From Candidatus Hinthialibacter antarcticus (GTDB taxonomy: Bacteria > Hinthialibacterota > Hinthialibacteria > Hinthialibacterales > Hinthialibacteraceae), in assembly GCA_030765645.1 (NCBI GenBank), contig JAVCCE010000054.1:3568-67567 (forward strand): a stretch of DNA of 64,000 bases, read 5' to 3'. Under the pieces are notes generated by a model, which worked only from the letters and a program-made list of their open reading frames with translations, was not told the origin of the DNA and did not search any database. A program made the translations under genes and the position numbers. The first letter of the stretch is position 1. Each line of letters opens with the position of its first letter. Below, one piece after another: positions 53,404 through 63,434 of the stretch.

Positions 53404-54405
53404 TTATGTTAACGGGCCGTAGCGCGTCCCCAGATCAGGCGCAATTTGTTTGCCCGTTTCGACTAACGCTGTGTGTTGTTGGGGCGTCAGAGGTTGATAT
53501 TGCTTGGCGATTTCTGTGTTTTGAATGGCCTGCTCAACAGTATAAGGCCCGACAACGGCGACTTCGACTCGTTCTAGATCAAGAGCGTACGCCATCGCTT
53601 GCGGCATGCGCTCCTGAGGAGTCACGCATCCGACATATCCTTTACGGTGATTGGGGAAACCGCCCTTGATCCCGACATAAACCTTCATCGCCGCCAGCGC
53701 CACATTGTGCTTCTGGGCGGCGGGCAATATCTTCTTGTGGAAATCATAGGTAAACGCATCGGCGTAATTGATTACAGTCATGGCCACATCGATCTGACCG
53801 GTCTCGATCATGCGGACAACCCGGTCGGGCCGACAGTGTGACGTCACTCCAATAAAGCGGATCTTGCCTGCTTCTTTTTGTTTGAGGAGATAGGCGAGTA
53901 TCCCGTCATTGGCCAACACCTTATCGATGTCTTTGCCGCCGACATGATGAATGTGAACCAGGTCAATATAATCGGTTTTGAGTTGCCGCAGCGATTCACT
54001 CAATAGCGACTCGGCTTTTGATCCGCTATCGGTCCATGCCTTGGTCACGAGAAAGAGTTTGTCGCGCTGTTGGGGAACAATATGGCTCAATATTTCTTCT
54101 GCATTGCCGTAACTTCTGGCTGTATCAATATAGTTAACGCCGCGGTCAATGGCAGCCCTGAAAATTTTAATGCCTTCCTGTACGTCAACGGGGCCTTCAC
54201 CTACCGGGGCAGTGCCAAGCCCTAAAATCGACACTTTGGCTCCAGTGCGGCCTAATACGCGCATCGGCATGGCGTCGGAGGGGGAGCCTTCATCGGCCTT
54301 GGCCATTTGAGCGCTCAGGGTAAGGGTTGCGCCCACGCCTGACGATTGTTTTAGAAACTCGCGTCGATCTAAATGATTTGGCAAACTCTTTTGGTTGAAG
54401 CTCAT
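53404..54405 (-). CDS. Aldo/keto reductase family oxidoreductase with Tat signal
   Basis: N-terminal DRREFLKQSSGVGATLTLSAQMAKA (RR motif). AKR TIM-barrel motifs (YIDTARSYG, LVTKAW...). Confidence 0.75.
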   Translation of the reverse strand: MSFNQKSLPNHLDRREFLKQSSGVGATLTLSAQMAKADEGSPSDAMPMRVLGRTGAKVSILGLGTAPVGEGPVDVQEGIKIFRAAIDRGVNYIDTARSYGNAEEILSHIVPQQRDKLFLVTKAWTDSGSKAESLLSESLRQLKTDYIDLVHIHHVGGKDIDKVLANDGILAYLLKQKEAGKIRFIGVTSHCRPDRVVRMIETGQIDVAMTVINYADAFTYDFHKKILPAAQKHNVALAAMKVYVGIKGGFPNHRKGYVGCVTPQERMPQAMAYALDLERVEVAVVGPYTVEQAIQNTEIAKQYQPLTPQQHTALVETGKQIAPDLGTRYGPLT

Positions 54406-54534
54406 TGGCTCTCTCCTGCATGATTCAATTTCTCATTGACAAATACTACCGCACCGTTAATTGCTTTTCAAACGAATTGTTCCATAAACTGAATGCAGAT
54501 TGATATCTGAATGGATACCAAACGTGATCGCATT

Positions 54535-56559
54535 TCAGTGTTTTTGGATCGCGTCTTTCCAGCCAAGTTGGCTAGCCAGGTTGAGGCTCCAATCATAGTT
54601 TTCGTCGACGGCGCCCATGAGTTGGACCTTTGTTGGGTAAAGAAAACCAACCACCTGGGGCAGATCGGTCACCCGCAAGCAGTTTAACATTTCAATCGCC
54701 GGCCCGGTCCCGTCCGTTTCGCCAGGGGCGTTTTGTGTGGCGGGCGGGTTTTGAAGATAGACCGACTCAAGCCGCCCGTCTAACAACGCCGCGTACATCG
54801 CGACGGCCGCCATCTCGCCGCGCGCGGCAATCGCAATTTTGTCAGGGTCAACTTCGTCTATCGACCGCAATGCTTCAATACAGCGCAACACGTCATACAC
54901 CCTCATCGACGCGACCGTGCGCCCCGTCCACGCCGAGGCGCGCCTCACGTGCCACTGCAAACCCTGGCTCCAACTCGTCTCGCCCACGCCGCGAACCTGT
55001 AAGTAGGCGCGCGTCCATTCAGGGCGCAAGCCGTTTGAGAAACTCTCTGACGCCCAGCGCTTTTCGTTGGGGTTGCGCAAAACGAGCAGTACGGGTTTTT
55101 TCTCCGTTTTGGTTTCTTTCCAGTTCCATTCAAACGTCAGGCGAAATCCTTCTTCAGGGACGAAAGTGTAATCATTCATGCCGCTGGTTTCGTTGCTTCG
55201 CGAGCGGTATTCCATTCGAAGCGACAAGTCGCCAGGCGATTTCGGGAACGCATTAAACGTATTGTCTTTCAGAAACTCAATCACATGCGATTTATGCTTG
55301 TTCCAATCTTCTACCGTTTTTAACGCAGGCGGCGTTGCGACTTTGACAAAGGTTTCTTGAATGGTCTTTGTGCGGTCGTCCGCAGGCGGGCCGTCAACAT
55401 ACACCCTGAGTTCATCTTCGCTTAAAAGCGAATCTTCTGATTGGTCGACATCGCCGATTTCGTTTGGCGAAACGTCTTTGCCCATCAGGTGTTTCATCAT
55501 AAATGAAAAGATTTGAGTGCGCGACTTTTCGTGATACGAATGACCGCCCGGCGTTACGACAAGATTGATGTTGTCTTCGGCGCCGTATAATTCATAAATC
55601 TTTTTCATATACGCCACGCTCTGTTTAACGCCCTCTAATGAGTTGAGGCCGTCACGGTCGGCCTGACCAATCAAAAGAGGCCGGGGCGCGATCAGAGCGC
55701 CGATGTCATGATAGTCAATCAGTTTGGTGTTGATCGGCGTCATACAGTCACAGTGCCCGTCGACCATGCGCTGGCGAATATGCGACTCGAGCGTACAACA
55801 CCCGCACACCGGGGCGACCGCTTTGACGCGGCGGTCAATCGCGCCGATATACCAACTCTGCGAGCCGCCGCCCGAAATGCCCGTGACGCCAATGTTGTCT
55901 GGATCGACATAATCGAGAGAACATAACAAGTCGATACCGCGGATGCCGTTCCAGAGTTCGACGCCGCCCGGGGTGTAGCCGCGGCTATACCATTGAAACT
56001 GGCCTTCGGCGTAACATCCCCAATGGCTGCCATACACTTCGCCCCATTGAACGGTCTCAAAGACCAGCGCGACGAAACCCAGTTCAGCGAATTTACGTGG
56101 ATGCGGCTGGTAGCTGACTTTCTGAGTTCGCGAATGTCCGCAGGGGTATAAAATCGCTGGCGCTTTGTGGTTGATGGTATTGGGCACATATAAATTGGCG
56201 GGGACATAAAGATTGGGCAGCGACTCATAATAGAGTTTGATGATCTTGTAATTATCTTTTTGAATCACGCCGATCTCTTTGATGTTCAAAGGAGGTCGCT
56301 CGCCGCTCAAGGGGACGTCATGCAGGCTGAGCATTCCGGTCAGTTCTTGATATCGCTGTTCGCGCGCGCGTTCCCAGTCTTCTAGCGTGTTGATGTCAGC
56401 GAGTGAATTGTGAGTAATCTCGCTGGCGGCGCGCATCAGATATTGTCGGATGTTATTGCTCTGGTCAAATATGGGTTTGGTTTCAATTTGAAGCGGTTTG
56501 CTTTGCGCTAACATAATAACATTCAATACCAACAACGAAATGATGATTTTCTTATACAT
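54535..56559 (-). CDS. Secreted alpha/beta-hydrolase (acetyl-xylan-esterase / S9-peptidase-like), probably two-domain
   Basis: Signal peptide from MYKKIIISLLVLNVIMLAQS. Nucleophile elbow GISGGGSQSW in the middle. The C-terminal half has a second alpha/beta-hydrolase-like region. Confidence 0.55.
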   Translation of the reverse strand: MYKKIIISLLVLNVIMLAQSKPLQIETKPIFDQSNNIRQYLMRAASEITHNSLADINTLEDWERAREQRYQELTGMLSLHDVPLSGERPPLNIKEIGVIQKDNYKIIKLYYESLPNLYVPANLYVPNTINHKAPAILYPCGHSRTQKVSYQPHPRKFAELGFVALVFETVQWGEVYGSHWGCYAEGQFQWYSRGYTPGGVELWNGIRGIDLLCSLDYVDPDNIGVTGISGGGSQSWYIGAIDRRVKAVAPVCGCCTLESHIRQRMVDGHCDCMTPINTKLIDYHDIGALIAPRPLLIGQADRDGLNSLEGVKQSVAYMKKIYELYGAEDNINLVVTPGGHSYHEKSRTQIFSFMMKHLMGKDVSPNEIGDVDQSEDSLLSEDELRVYVDGPPADDRTKTIQETFVKVATPPALKTVEDWNKHKSHVIEFLKDNTFNAFPKSPGDLSLRMEYRSRSNETSGMNDYTFVPEEGFRLTFEWNWKETKTEKKPVLLVLRNPNEKRWASESFSNGLRPEWTRAYLQVRGVGETSWSQGLQWHVRRASAWTGRTVASMRVYDVLRCIEALRSIDEVDPDKIAIAARGEMAAVAMYAALLDGRLESVYLQNPPATQNAPGETDGTGPAIEMLNCLRVTDLPQVVGFLYPTKVQLMGAVDENYDWSLNLASQLGWKDAIQKH

Positions 56560-56696
56560 GTTTCCGAATCTCCTCACAAGTTAACACGCGATATTCATTC
56601 CTTGCCAATCCAGATAGCGTTCGGACGATGATTGCCCTGATCCTATCACAAAACACATGAAGCCATCTCAAAAATTTCTGGTCTTTCGTTGCGTAC

Positions 56697-56795
56697 GGCA
56701 TGGGTGTAACTCTGGGAGCGCCCATGCCTGAATACGTTTTCGTAATCAAAATCATGACCATCCATCAATGCAAGTACTCACTTACCGGATGAACC
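56697..56795. repeat. Dispersed intergenic repeat family, copy G (orientation 1, central approx. 55 bp of core deleted)
   Basis: ggcatgggtgtaactctgggagcgcccatgcctgaatacgttttcgtaatcaaaatcatgaccatccatcaatgcaagtactcacttaccggatgaacc. The arms are joined directly, without the hairpin-containing centre. Confidence 0.8.
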
Positions 56796-56882
56796 TTATT
56801 TCTCATCAGAGAGGCGCCTTCAGTCGCCATTTTTGATTTTTTCTTTTGAACCTATCTGCGTTATTTGCAGTCTCAGTCATAA

Positions 56883-56904
56883 TTTGATAGATTCAATGAC
56901 AACA
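56883..56904 (+). promoter_or_regulatory. Conserved upstream motif tttgatagattcaatgacaaca, 102 nt before the sulfatase start
   Basis: Identical in 20/22 positions to 60547..60568. Confidence 0.45.
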
Positions 56905-57005
56905 CCGAACAATCAAACGGTCTGGGAGTTTTGAAACTGCGCCTTATAAACACCGATTGGAAAGAGAACCGAATTATAAAATTCTCCATTTGAAAGGAAC
57001 GATTA

Positions 57006-58616
57006 ATGACTATCTCGAATCTGAATCGAAGAGATGTTATCAAAGGCCTAGGGGCTTTGCCGTTTGGTTTAAGTTTACCGCTAACGGCGAGCGCTCAAAC
57101 GAAGCAACCGAATATTGTATTTATTTTTTCTGATGACCACTCTCTGCAAACACTGGGCGCCTATAAAACAAGATTACAAGACTTTATCAAAAAACATAAA
57201 ATCACTCCCAATATAGATTCGATTGCTGATGATGGTGTTTTATTTACCAACAGTTTTGTGGCGAATTCAATCTGCGGGCCGAGTCGGGCCTGTATTTTAA
57301 CGGGCAAGCATAGCCATAAAAATGGTTTTATGTCTAACGGAAATAAATTCGATGGCAGCCAGTGGACTGTGGCGAAAGAATTGCAGAACGCGAATTATCA
57401 AACCGCAGTGATTGGGAAATGGCACCTGGGAACACTGCCAACAGGGTTCGATGATTACGCCGTTTTGCCCGGTCAAGGCAAATACTACAATCCTGATTTT
57501 AAAGTGAAAGGTTCGGATGATTTGGTCCGCAAAGATGGATATTGTTCGGACTTGATTGGCGACATGACCCTCGAATGGCTTGATAAAAAGCGGGATAAAT
57601 CGAAACCGTTTTTCTTATGCAGTTGGCACAAAGCCCCTCACCGGACATGGATGCCTCATCCAAGACATTTCAATTTATTGGATGGGATTGACGTTCCTGA
57701 ACCCGAAAATCTATTTGATGATTATGAGGGCCGAACGTCTGCCGCCAGTGAACAAGAAATGACCATCCGCGATCACATTAATATTGCGATGGACGTTAAG
57801 GTGACTCCGCCAGCAGCGACAACTTCGATAGAAGATATCCGTAAGGCTGTTCCTGAAAGCAAATCACGGGATATGTCGACGATCGGCGAATTTCAACGAA
57901 TGACAGAGAAACAAAAAGAAGCATGGGATGAATATTATGCTCCACGCAATGAGAAGTTCCTTCAGCAGAACTTAACGGGAGATGATCTTGTTCGTTGGAA
58001 ATATCAAGCATACCTGAAAGACTATATCAAATGCGTCAAAGCGATGGATGAGAATGTAGGCCGGGTATTGGATTATTTAAAAGAGAATGATCTAGAAAAA
58101 AACACCATCGTAATCTACAGCTCGGATCAAGGCTTTTATAACGGTGAACATGGTTGGTATGACAAGCGCTGGATGTATGAGGAATCATTACGGAATCCAT
58201 TGATTGTGAAATGGCCTTCAGTCGCTAAGGCAGGAACAAAGTGTGACGCGATTGTGCAAAATATTGATTATGCTTCAACAATATTGGAAGCGGCGGGCGC
58301 TACAATTCCAGACGAAGTGCAAGGTGAGTCATTGGTCCCATTGTTAAAAGGCGAGACGCCGGATGATTGGCGTAATAGTCTTTTATACACCTATTATGAG
58401 ATTGGCGTTCATGCGGTTGCTCAACACCGTGGGGTGCGAAATGCGCGGTATAAATTAATCGAGTTTTATACAACCGGCGAGTGGGAATTTTTCGACCTGC
58501 AAAAAGATCCACTAGAGATGAAAAGCGAGTATAACAACCCTGACTATGCATCTATCATCAGTGAAATGAAACATGAACTAAAACGGTTGATGAATGAGTA
58601 TGAACTGAAAGTATAA
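57006..58616 (+). CDS. Formylglycine-dependent sulfatase (arylsulfatase family) with Tat signal
   Basis: NRRDVIKGLGALPFGLSLPLTASA Tat-type signal. PNIVFIFSDDH and CGPSRACILTGK (C-x-P-S-R FGly motif). Confidence 0.85.
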   Translation: MTISNLNRRDVIKGLGALPFGLSLPLTASAQTKQPNIVFIFSDDHSLQTLGAYKTRLQDFIKKHKITPNIDSIADDGVLFTNSFVANSICGPSRACILTGKHSHKNGFMSNGNKFDGSQWTVAKELQNANYQTAVIGKWHLGTLPTGFDDYAVLPGQGKYYNPDFKVKGSDDLVRKDGYCSDLIGDMTLEWLDKKRDKSKPFFLCSWHKAPHRTWMPHPRHFNLLDGIDVPEPENLFDDYEGRTSAASEQEMTIRDHINIAMDVKVTPPAATTSIEDIRKAVPESKSRDMSTIGEFQRMTEKQKEAWDEYYAPRNEKFLQQNLTGDDLVRWKYQAYLKDYIKCVKAMDENVGRVLDYLKENDLEKNTIVIYSSDQGFYNGEHGWYDKRWMYEESLRNPLIVKWPSVAKAGTKCDAIVQNIDYASTILEAAGATIPDEVQGESLVPLLKGETPDDWRNSLLYTYYEIGVHAVAQHRGVRNARYKLIEFYTTGEWEFFDLQKDPLEMKSEYNNPDYASIISEMKHELKRLMNEYELKV

Positions 58617-58700
58617 CCAGTCGGTTAATGACCGAGACGTTTAACCGAAGATCATTTCTTCAACGCGCCGGTGCGTTTTGGGATTTCTCTCTTGGCAAAA

Positions 58701-58727
58701 AAGGCGGCTTAGGCCGCCTTTTTTTAT
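58701..58727. terminator. Bidirectional rho-independent terminator between convergent genes
   Basis: aaaaaa-aaggcggc-ttag-gccgcctt-ttttttt: 8-bp stem flanked by an A-run and a T-run. It can serve both strands. Confidence 0.8.
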
Positions 58728-58734
58728 TCCGTGC

Positions 58735-60384
58735 TTATTGAGCCGAAGCTCGCTGGGAAGTCACGATGGGAACATAACCATATTCAAGCCCTTTTGGCGG
58801 CGTAACAATCAAGGCCGGATCAAGCGAGACGAGTTGAATGTCACGGCTTGGCGGCGGCATGTAATCCCGGTCAATCGGCCATTGTTTGTGGATTTTTTCC
58901 ACAAAGGCTTGCAACGTCTCTTTCTTTTTCTGGCTCCAATCATATTGCTGAAAAGAGGGTTGGTCGATAAACCGATACCACGAATAAGTGACCGTCGATC
59001 CATCAATCAATTTCACTTCGTACGGCCCGTGCGCCGCCCCGGGATTTGTCCAGGCGCCTTCTTTGGGGGAGGTGTAGGGTTCGCCGGGTGACGCCAAAGC
59101 AAACTCTTTCTGTCTTAATAATTCAGGGACTTCATCGCTAGATACCGCGACGCGCTCGTCGCCTATCTGTTTATAATACTGCGGGAATATGCCTTGGGGG
59201 CTTATGTTGTTTTCGAACCACTGTAACCCCCACAGGCCGTCGGCGTGGACTTTTGTGTCAAATACGTTTTCGACATTTTTCATTTGCTGACCGGCCTGAT
59301 CATATTTTGTCGTACGCGTCGTCAAAGTCGATTTCCATGACGCTTCGGTGTTGAAATTGCCAGGGCAATCCGGGCCTCCATCGCGCCATGTTTTGAATGA
59401 ATGGTAGAGAGCGTCTTTCGAGTAATAGGCGACATCCTGCACCAGCAGCGTCCTCCCATGCGCATCCACGGGGAAATGTAGTTTCGGAATTTTTGAAAAC
59501 ACATTGCCTTCTTCATCAACGACATCGAAACGGGGAACGGTATTAATTTCGATGGCGCCGCCGCCCATGTTTCCCGGACGCGCATCAAGCCCTCTTCCAT
59601 AAATAAATGGATAGTCAAATATCTTTCCGATTTTGCTCCAGGTTTCAGGGATGTAGTAGGCGATAGGGCCTTTGAAATTTGCTGCATTGATAAAACAAGT
59701 CCAACTTTGATCGCCGGTGGGCGGGTCGCCTGTGGTGGGGTCAGTAAAAGGTAACGCCATATAGGTATAGCCAAAAAATTCACCATTTGGCTTGCCTTGA
59801 AACGGCAGGGCGTCAGGCGGAATTAAGAGCCTGTTACTCAGTTGAGCAATGCCCAGGCGGTCGTCAGGCAATGCTGTGTCGCTATAAAAAAACGACCAGC
59901 CCGGAGAACCGACTTCGTAGTCGTAACATTGTGGAGTGGCGTTCATACTAAATTTGGGTGAGCCGTAACGAAAGTGATTTCTTGCCCAAAACCCCAGGCC
60001 GCCTTCCACCGTTTGGAAGACGCTGCTCCAGGTTGGCCCGCGCTCTGGCCAGTTGTCCCGGGCCAGAGTCCCGACGGGAGCGAGAGGCTTATCTTTGTTA
60101 TCGGAGTTGTCCGGTGTGATCCATGCGCCTGCCAGCCCGATTTGGAAATTGGCAACTGGCTGGTCAACCAAAGGCCAAACCGCTGAATAAAAACCCATCC
60201 CGGCGTTAAATTCAGAACGCTCAGGAGGGCGGGTTGCGCTATAGCCAATATAACCATGAAGCCCTCTGGAATGAGAAGTGATTTCAAGTTCGCCAGACTT
60301 TTGTATGGTTTGAGAATGAGAACTCAAGCAACAAATGATAGACAGCAGCGTCGACAGGATTATTAAGTGAGTATTTTTATTCAT
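58735..60384 (-). CDS. Hypothetical secreted protein (549 aa), no recognisable family, embedded between two sulfatase genes
   Basis: Signal peptide MNKNTHLIILSTLLSIICCLSSHSQT. Long ORF, Trp/Tyr/Gly/Pro-rich like secreted carbohydrate-active proteins. Confidence 0.4.
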   Translation of the reverse strand: MNKNTHLIILSTLLSIICCLSSHSQTIQKSGELEITSHSRGLHGYIGYSATRPPERSEFNAGMGFYSAVWPLVDQPVANFQIGLAGAWITPDNSDNKDKPLAPVGTLARDNWPERGPTWSSVFQTVEGGLGFWARNHFRYGSPKFSMNATPQCYDYEVGSPGWSFFYSDTALPDDRLGIAQLSNRLLIPPDALPFQGKPNGEFFGYTYMALPFTDPTTGDPPTGDQSWTCFINAANFKGPIAYYIPETWSKIGKIFDYPFIYGRGLDARPGNMGGGAIEINTVPRFDVVDEEGNVFSKIPKLHFPVDAHGRTLLVQDVAYYSKDALYHSFKTWRDGGPDCPGNFNTEASWKSTLTTRTTKYDQAGQQMKNVENVFDTKVHADGLWGLQWFENNISPQGIFPQYYKQIGDERVAVSSDEVPELLRQKEFALASPGEPYTSPKEGAWTNPGAAHGPYEVKLIDGSTVTYSWYRFIDQPSFQQYDWSQKKKETLQAFVEKIHKQWPIDRDYMPPPSRDIQLVSLDPALIVTPPKGLEYGYVPIVTSQRASAQ

Positions 60385-60546
60385 GAATCCGCCTCATTCA
60401 AATATGTATTGATTGCTTTCTGCTTACAAGTTCACTGAATGAATCGCATTATACATTCAACTTAAGCGGCTTGGCGGATTGATGAAGTATTACTTTCAGA
60501 ATTTCGCTTCAGTCTCCAACTTTAACAATTGATTCAGCGCTGATTC

Positions 60547-60568
60547 TTTGATAGATTCAATGACAATC
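60547..60568 (+). promoter_or_regulatory. Conserved upstream motif tttgatagattcaatgacaatc, 40 nt before the sulfatase start
   Basis: See 56883..56904. Confidence 0.45.
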
Positions 60569-60607
60569 TCGAGACTAATTCTATATCAGAGTTTGGACAA
60601 TATAATA

Positions 60608-62110
60608 ATGAACCTTAACCTCAATCGTCGCGATTTTCTTGGAATGATGAGCGCAGGCATGGCCTCAACCGCATTGCCTGACGCAAACGCAGTGAGCAAT
60701 AACAATAAGCGCCCGAACTTCATTGTCATTTTTGCTGACGATCTTGGCTATGGCGACATTGAAGGATTCGGCAACCAACAGATCAAATATCAGACTCCAG
60801 CGCTAAAACGCATGGCGTCTGAAGGCGTAAAATTGACTCAGGTCTATGTGCCCGTGCCCTATTGCGCTCCATCCCGCGCGTCTCTTTTAACGGGCCGCTA
60901 TCCCTTCAGAAATGGCGTTGTACACAACCCTACTCCTGACGCAGGCGTCAATAATATCGGCTTGCCTGAGTCAGAAATCACCATTGCGGAAGCGCTCAAG
61001 CCAGCGGGGTACGCCACCAGTTGTATCGGCAAATGGCACTTGGGACACCGTCGCCGCTTCTTGCCAACCAACCAGGGATTCGACGAATATTTCGGCATTC
61101 TTTATTCAAACGATATGCGCCCGGTTCAGTTGGTTGAAAACGAGACGGTGCATGAATATCCCGCCTACCAACCTACGCTAACCAAGCGGTATACAGAACG
61201 CGCGCTTGATTTCATCCAACGCAGCCATGACGCAGACAAGCCGTTTTTTCTCTATCTTCCTCACGCGATGCCCCATAAGCCGCTGGCGGCGTCCGAAGAG
61301 TTCTACACGCCCGACACGCCTGACGATCTATACGCTGATGTGATTCGAGAACTCGACTGGTCAGTCGATCAGGTTTTGGAAAAAGTTAAAAATCTAGGCA
61401 TTGATGAAAATACGCTCATCCTATTTCTTTCAGATAACGGCCCCTGGTATGGAGGCGACACGGGCGGCTTGCGCGGGATGAAAGCCGCCACGTGGGATGG
61501 CGGTCTTCGCGTTCCATTTATTGCGCACTGGCCGGGCAAAATCCCGGCGGGGTCAGTCCACAACACGCCAGCCGGAACGATTGACATCTTCCCGACGCTG
61601 CTCAAACTTGCGGGCGTTGAACCCCCTACCGACCGTGAGATCGACGGCGTTGACATTATGCCGCTATTGAATGGGACGAATACCGAGAATCCACATGAAT
61701 ATCTATTTGCACTCAAAGGCACAAACTTGGCCATGGTCAGAAGCGGCCCCTGGAAACTTCACCTTCGCAGTCCGGGAAACATACCGAACCGGGGCGACGA
61801 CTGGGTTGATCCGCGCGGACCTGACGGCGTCACCCTGCTGGCCCAATTCGAGCAATCCCGCCCGAGTGAATACCCCGGAACAACCGAAGGCGTCGAGCCA
61901 AAGTCGATGATGCTATTCAACCTCGATGATGATCCGGCCGAGACGCGCGACATCAGCGGCGATCACCCCGAGGTTGTAAATAGAATGAAAGCTTATGCTG
62001 ATACAATTCTATCAAACTGGCCAGAATTTGAACAACCAGGCCGGTTCAAAGGTGGAATGAAGCGAGTCAAAGGCGGACGCATGGACTTTTTTGAGGAGTA
62101 CCATCAATAA
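60608..62110 (+). CDS. Formylglycine-dependent sulfatase with Tat signal
   Basis: MNLNLNRRDFLGMMSAGMASTALP Tat-type signal. PNFIVIFADDLGYGD and CAPSRASLLTGR (C-x-P-S-R). Confidence 0.85.
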   Translation: MNLNLNRRDFLGMMSAGMASTALPDANAVSNNNKRPNFIVIFADDLGYGDIEGFGNQQIKYQTPALKRMASEGVKLTQVYVPVPYCAPSRASLLTGRYPFRNGVVHNPTPDAGVNNIGLPESEITIAEALKPAGYATSCIGKWHLGHRRRFLPTNQGFDEYFGILYSNDMRPVQLVENETVHEYPAYQPTLTKRYTERALDFIQRSHDADKPFFLYLPHAMPHKPLAASEEFYTPDTPDDLYADVIRELDWSVDQVLEKVKNLGIDENTLILFLSDNGPWYGGDTGGLRGMKAATWDGGLRVPFIAHWPGKIPAGSVHNTPAGTIDIFPTLLKLAGVEPPTDREIDGVDIMPLLNGTNTENPHEYLFALKGTNLAMVRSGPWKLHLRSPGNIPNRGDDWVDPRGPDGVTLLAQFEQSRPSEYPGTTEGVEPKSMMLFNLDDDPAETRDISGDHPEVVNRMKAYADTILSNWPEFEQPGRFKGGMKRVKGGRMDFFEEYHQ

Positions 62111-62153
62111 GCCGCTTAACGTTGAATGAGAAATTTCTGCCATTCAAAACAAT

Positions 62154-62295
62154 GCTTCATCTAGTAAGTGTGTACTTACATTGATGGATGACCATGTTTT
62201 TGATCAGGCATGGGTGCAACTCTGGGAGCGCCTGTGCATAAGGGCATGAAAGCCCGCACTGAAGCGAGCAGAGTTGTACCCGTGCCCCATACAGC
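62154..62295. repeat. Dispersed intergenic repeat family, copy H (orientation 2, approx. 50 bp deleted between the distal module and the core)
   Basis: gcttcatctagtaagtgtgtacttacattgatggatgaccatgtttttgatcaggcatgggtgcaactctgggagcgcctgtgcataagggcatgaaagcccgcactgaagcgagcagagttgtacccgtgccccatacagc. The ORF-track ORF 62176..62364 is an artefact. Confidence 0.8.
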
Positions 62296-62321
62296 AAATC
62301 CACTAAGAGATTCATCAAAAT

Positions 62322-63434
62322 ATGATTGACTCACACGCAGCCATTGCACATAGTGACGGTACATTCTCAGTCGAACCAGTTACCGTCAACAAACCGGGCC
62401 CCGGCGAAGCGCTTGTTGAACTCAAAGCCTCCGGCGTTTGTCATACCGATTACGATTCAATGCACACTTGGAAGCGGGATTTCATTCTCGGCCATGAAGG
62501 CGCAGGCGTCGTGCTTGAGACTGGAGACGGCGTTACCGAAGTTGAGCCGGGCGACCGCGTGATTTTAACCTGGGCGATATCGTGCGGGCGCTGCCTTCAA
62601 TGCAACCTCGGCAACATTCATATTTGCGAGAATTATTCGCCCGTCACCGGGCCTCATCTCGGCGGCCACGCGCATGTCGAATCGACGCTGTGGAACGGCA
62701 AACCGATAGACCGCTCCTTCAACCTCGGGACGATGTCAAACCATACGGTGGTGCGCGAAGAAGCGCTGGTAAAGATTGACGTCGATATCCCATTCACTTC
62801 CGCTTGTATTATTGGATGCGGCGTGATGACAGGGTTCGGGTCGGTTGCGAACGCTGCCAATGTTCAAACGGGCAGTTCTGTCGTCGTCTTAGGAGCAGGC
62901 GGCGTCGGGTTGAACGTGATTCAATCAGCCCGCCTTGCCGGGGCCGCTGCGGTGATCGCCGTTGATGTGAACCGATCACGATTAGCCATGGCGAATCAGT
63001 TCGGCGCGACGCACTGCATTCAAGCCGACCGGGAAGATAAAAACCTACTCCAGGCAAGTGAGAAAGTAAAAGCGTTGACAGCCATGCGCGGCGCTGATTA
63101 TGCCTTCGAGTGTACGGCGATCCCCGAATTGGGCGACGCGCCTTTGCGTATGGTTCGCAACGCAGGCATGGCCGTTCAAGTCAGTGGAATCGAGCAGACG
63201 ATTGCCTTCGACGCAGAACTATTTGAATGGGACAAGATATACATCAATCCTCTCTATGGCAAATGCCGCCCCAAAGTTGATTTCCCAAAAATCCTCAAAC
63301 TATACGAAAACAAACAATACAAAATCGACGAACTGGTTACGCGGACCTACTCGCTTAACGAGTTGGGGCAAGCGTTCGAAGACATGCTTCAAGGGCGCAA
63401 CGCAAAAGGCGTCATTTCGCTGGAGGCGTCATGA
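62322..63434 (+). CDS. Zn-dependent alcohol dehydrogenase, class III-like (MDR superfamily)
   Basis: Catalytic Zn ligands GVCHTD...GHEGAGVV. Structural Zn Cys cluster CGRCLQCNLGNIHIC. NAD-binding GAGGVG. Confidence 0.8.
   Translation: MIDSHAAIAHSDGTFSVEPVTVNKPGPGEALVELKASGVCHTDYDSMHTWKRDFILGHEGAGVVLETGDGVTEVEPGDRVILTWAISCGRCLQCNLGNIHICENYSPVTGPHLGGHAHVESTLWNGKPIDRSFNLGTMSNHTVVREEALVKIDVDIPFTSACIIGCGVMTGFGSVANAANVQTGSSVVVLGAGGVGLNVIQSARLAGAAAVIAVDVNRSRLAMANQFGATHCIQADREDKNLLQASEKVKALTAMRGADYAFECTAIPELGDAPLRMVRNAGMAVQVSGIEQTIAFDAELFEWDKIYINPLYGKCRPKVDFPKILKLYENKQYKIDELVTRTYSLNELGQAFEDMLQGRNAKGVISLEAS

Noticed and set aside
54415-54445. Sequence tgattcaatttctcattgacaaata resembling the sulfatase/GDPD upstream box
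   Set aside because: There is an insertion between the half-elements, and both flanking genes are on the opposite strand. It is noted as a weak relative only.
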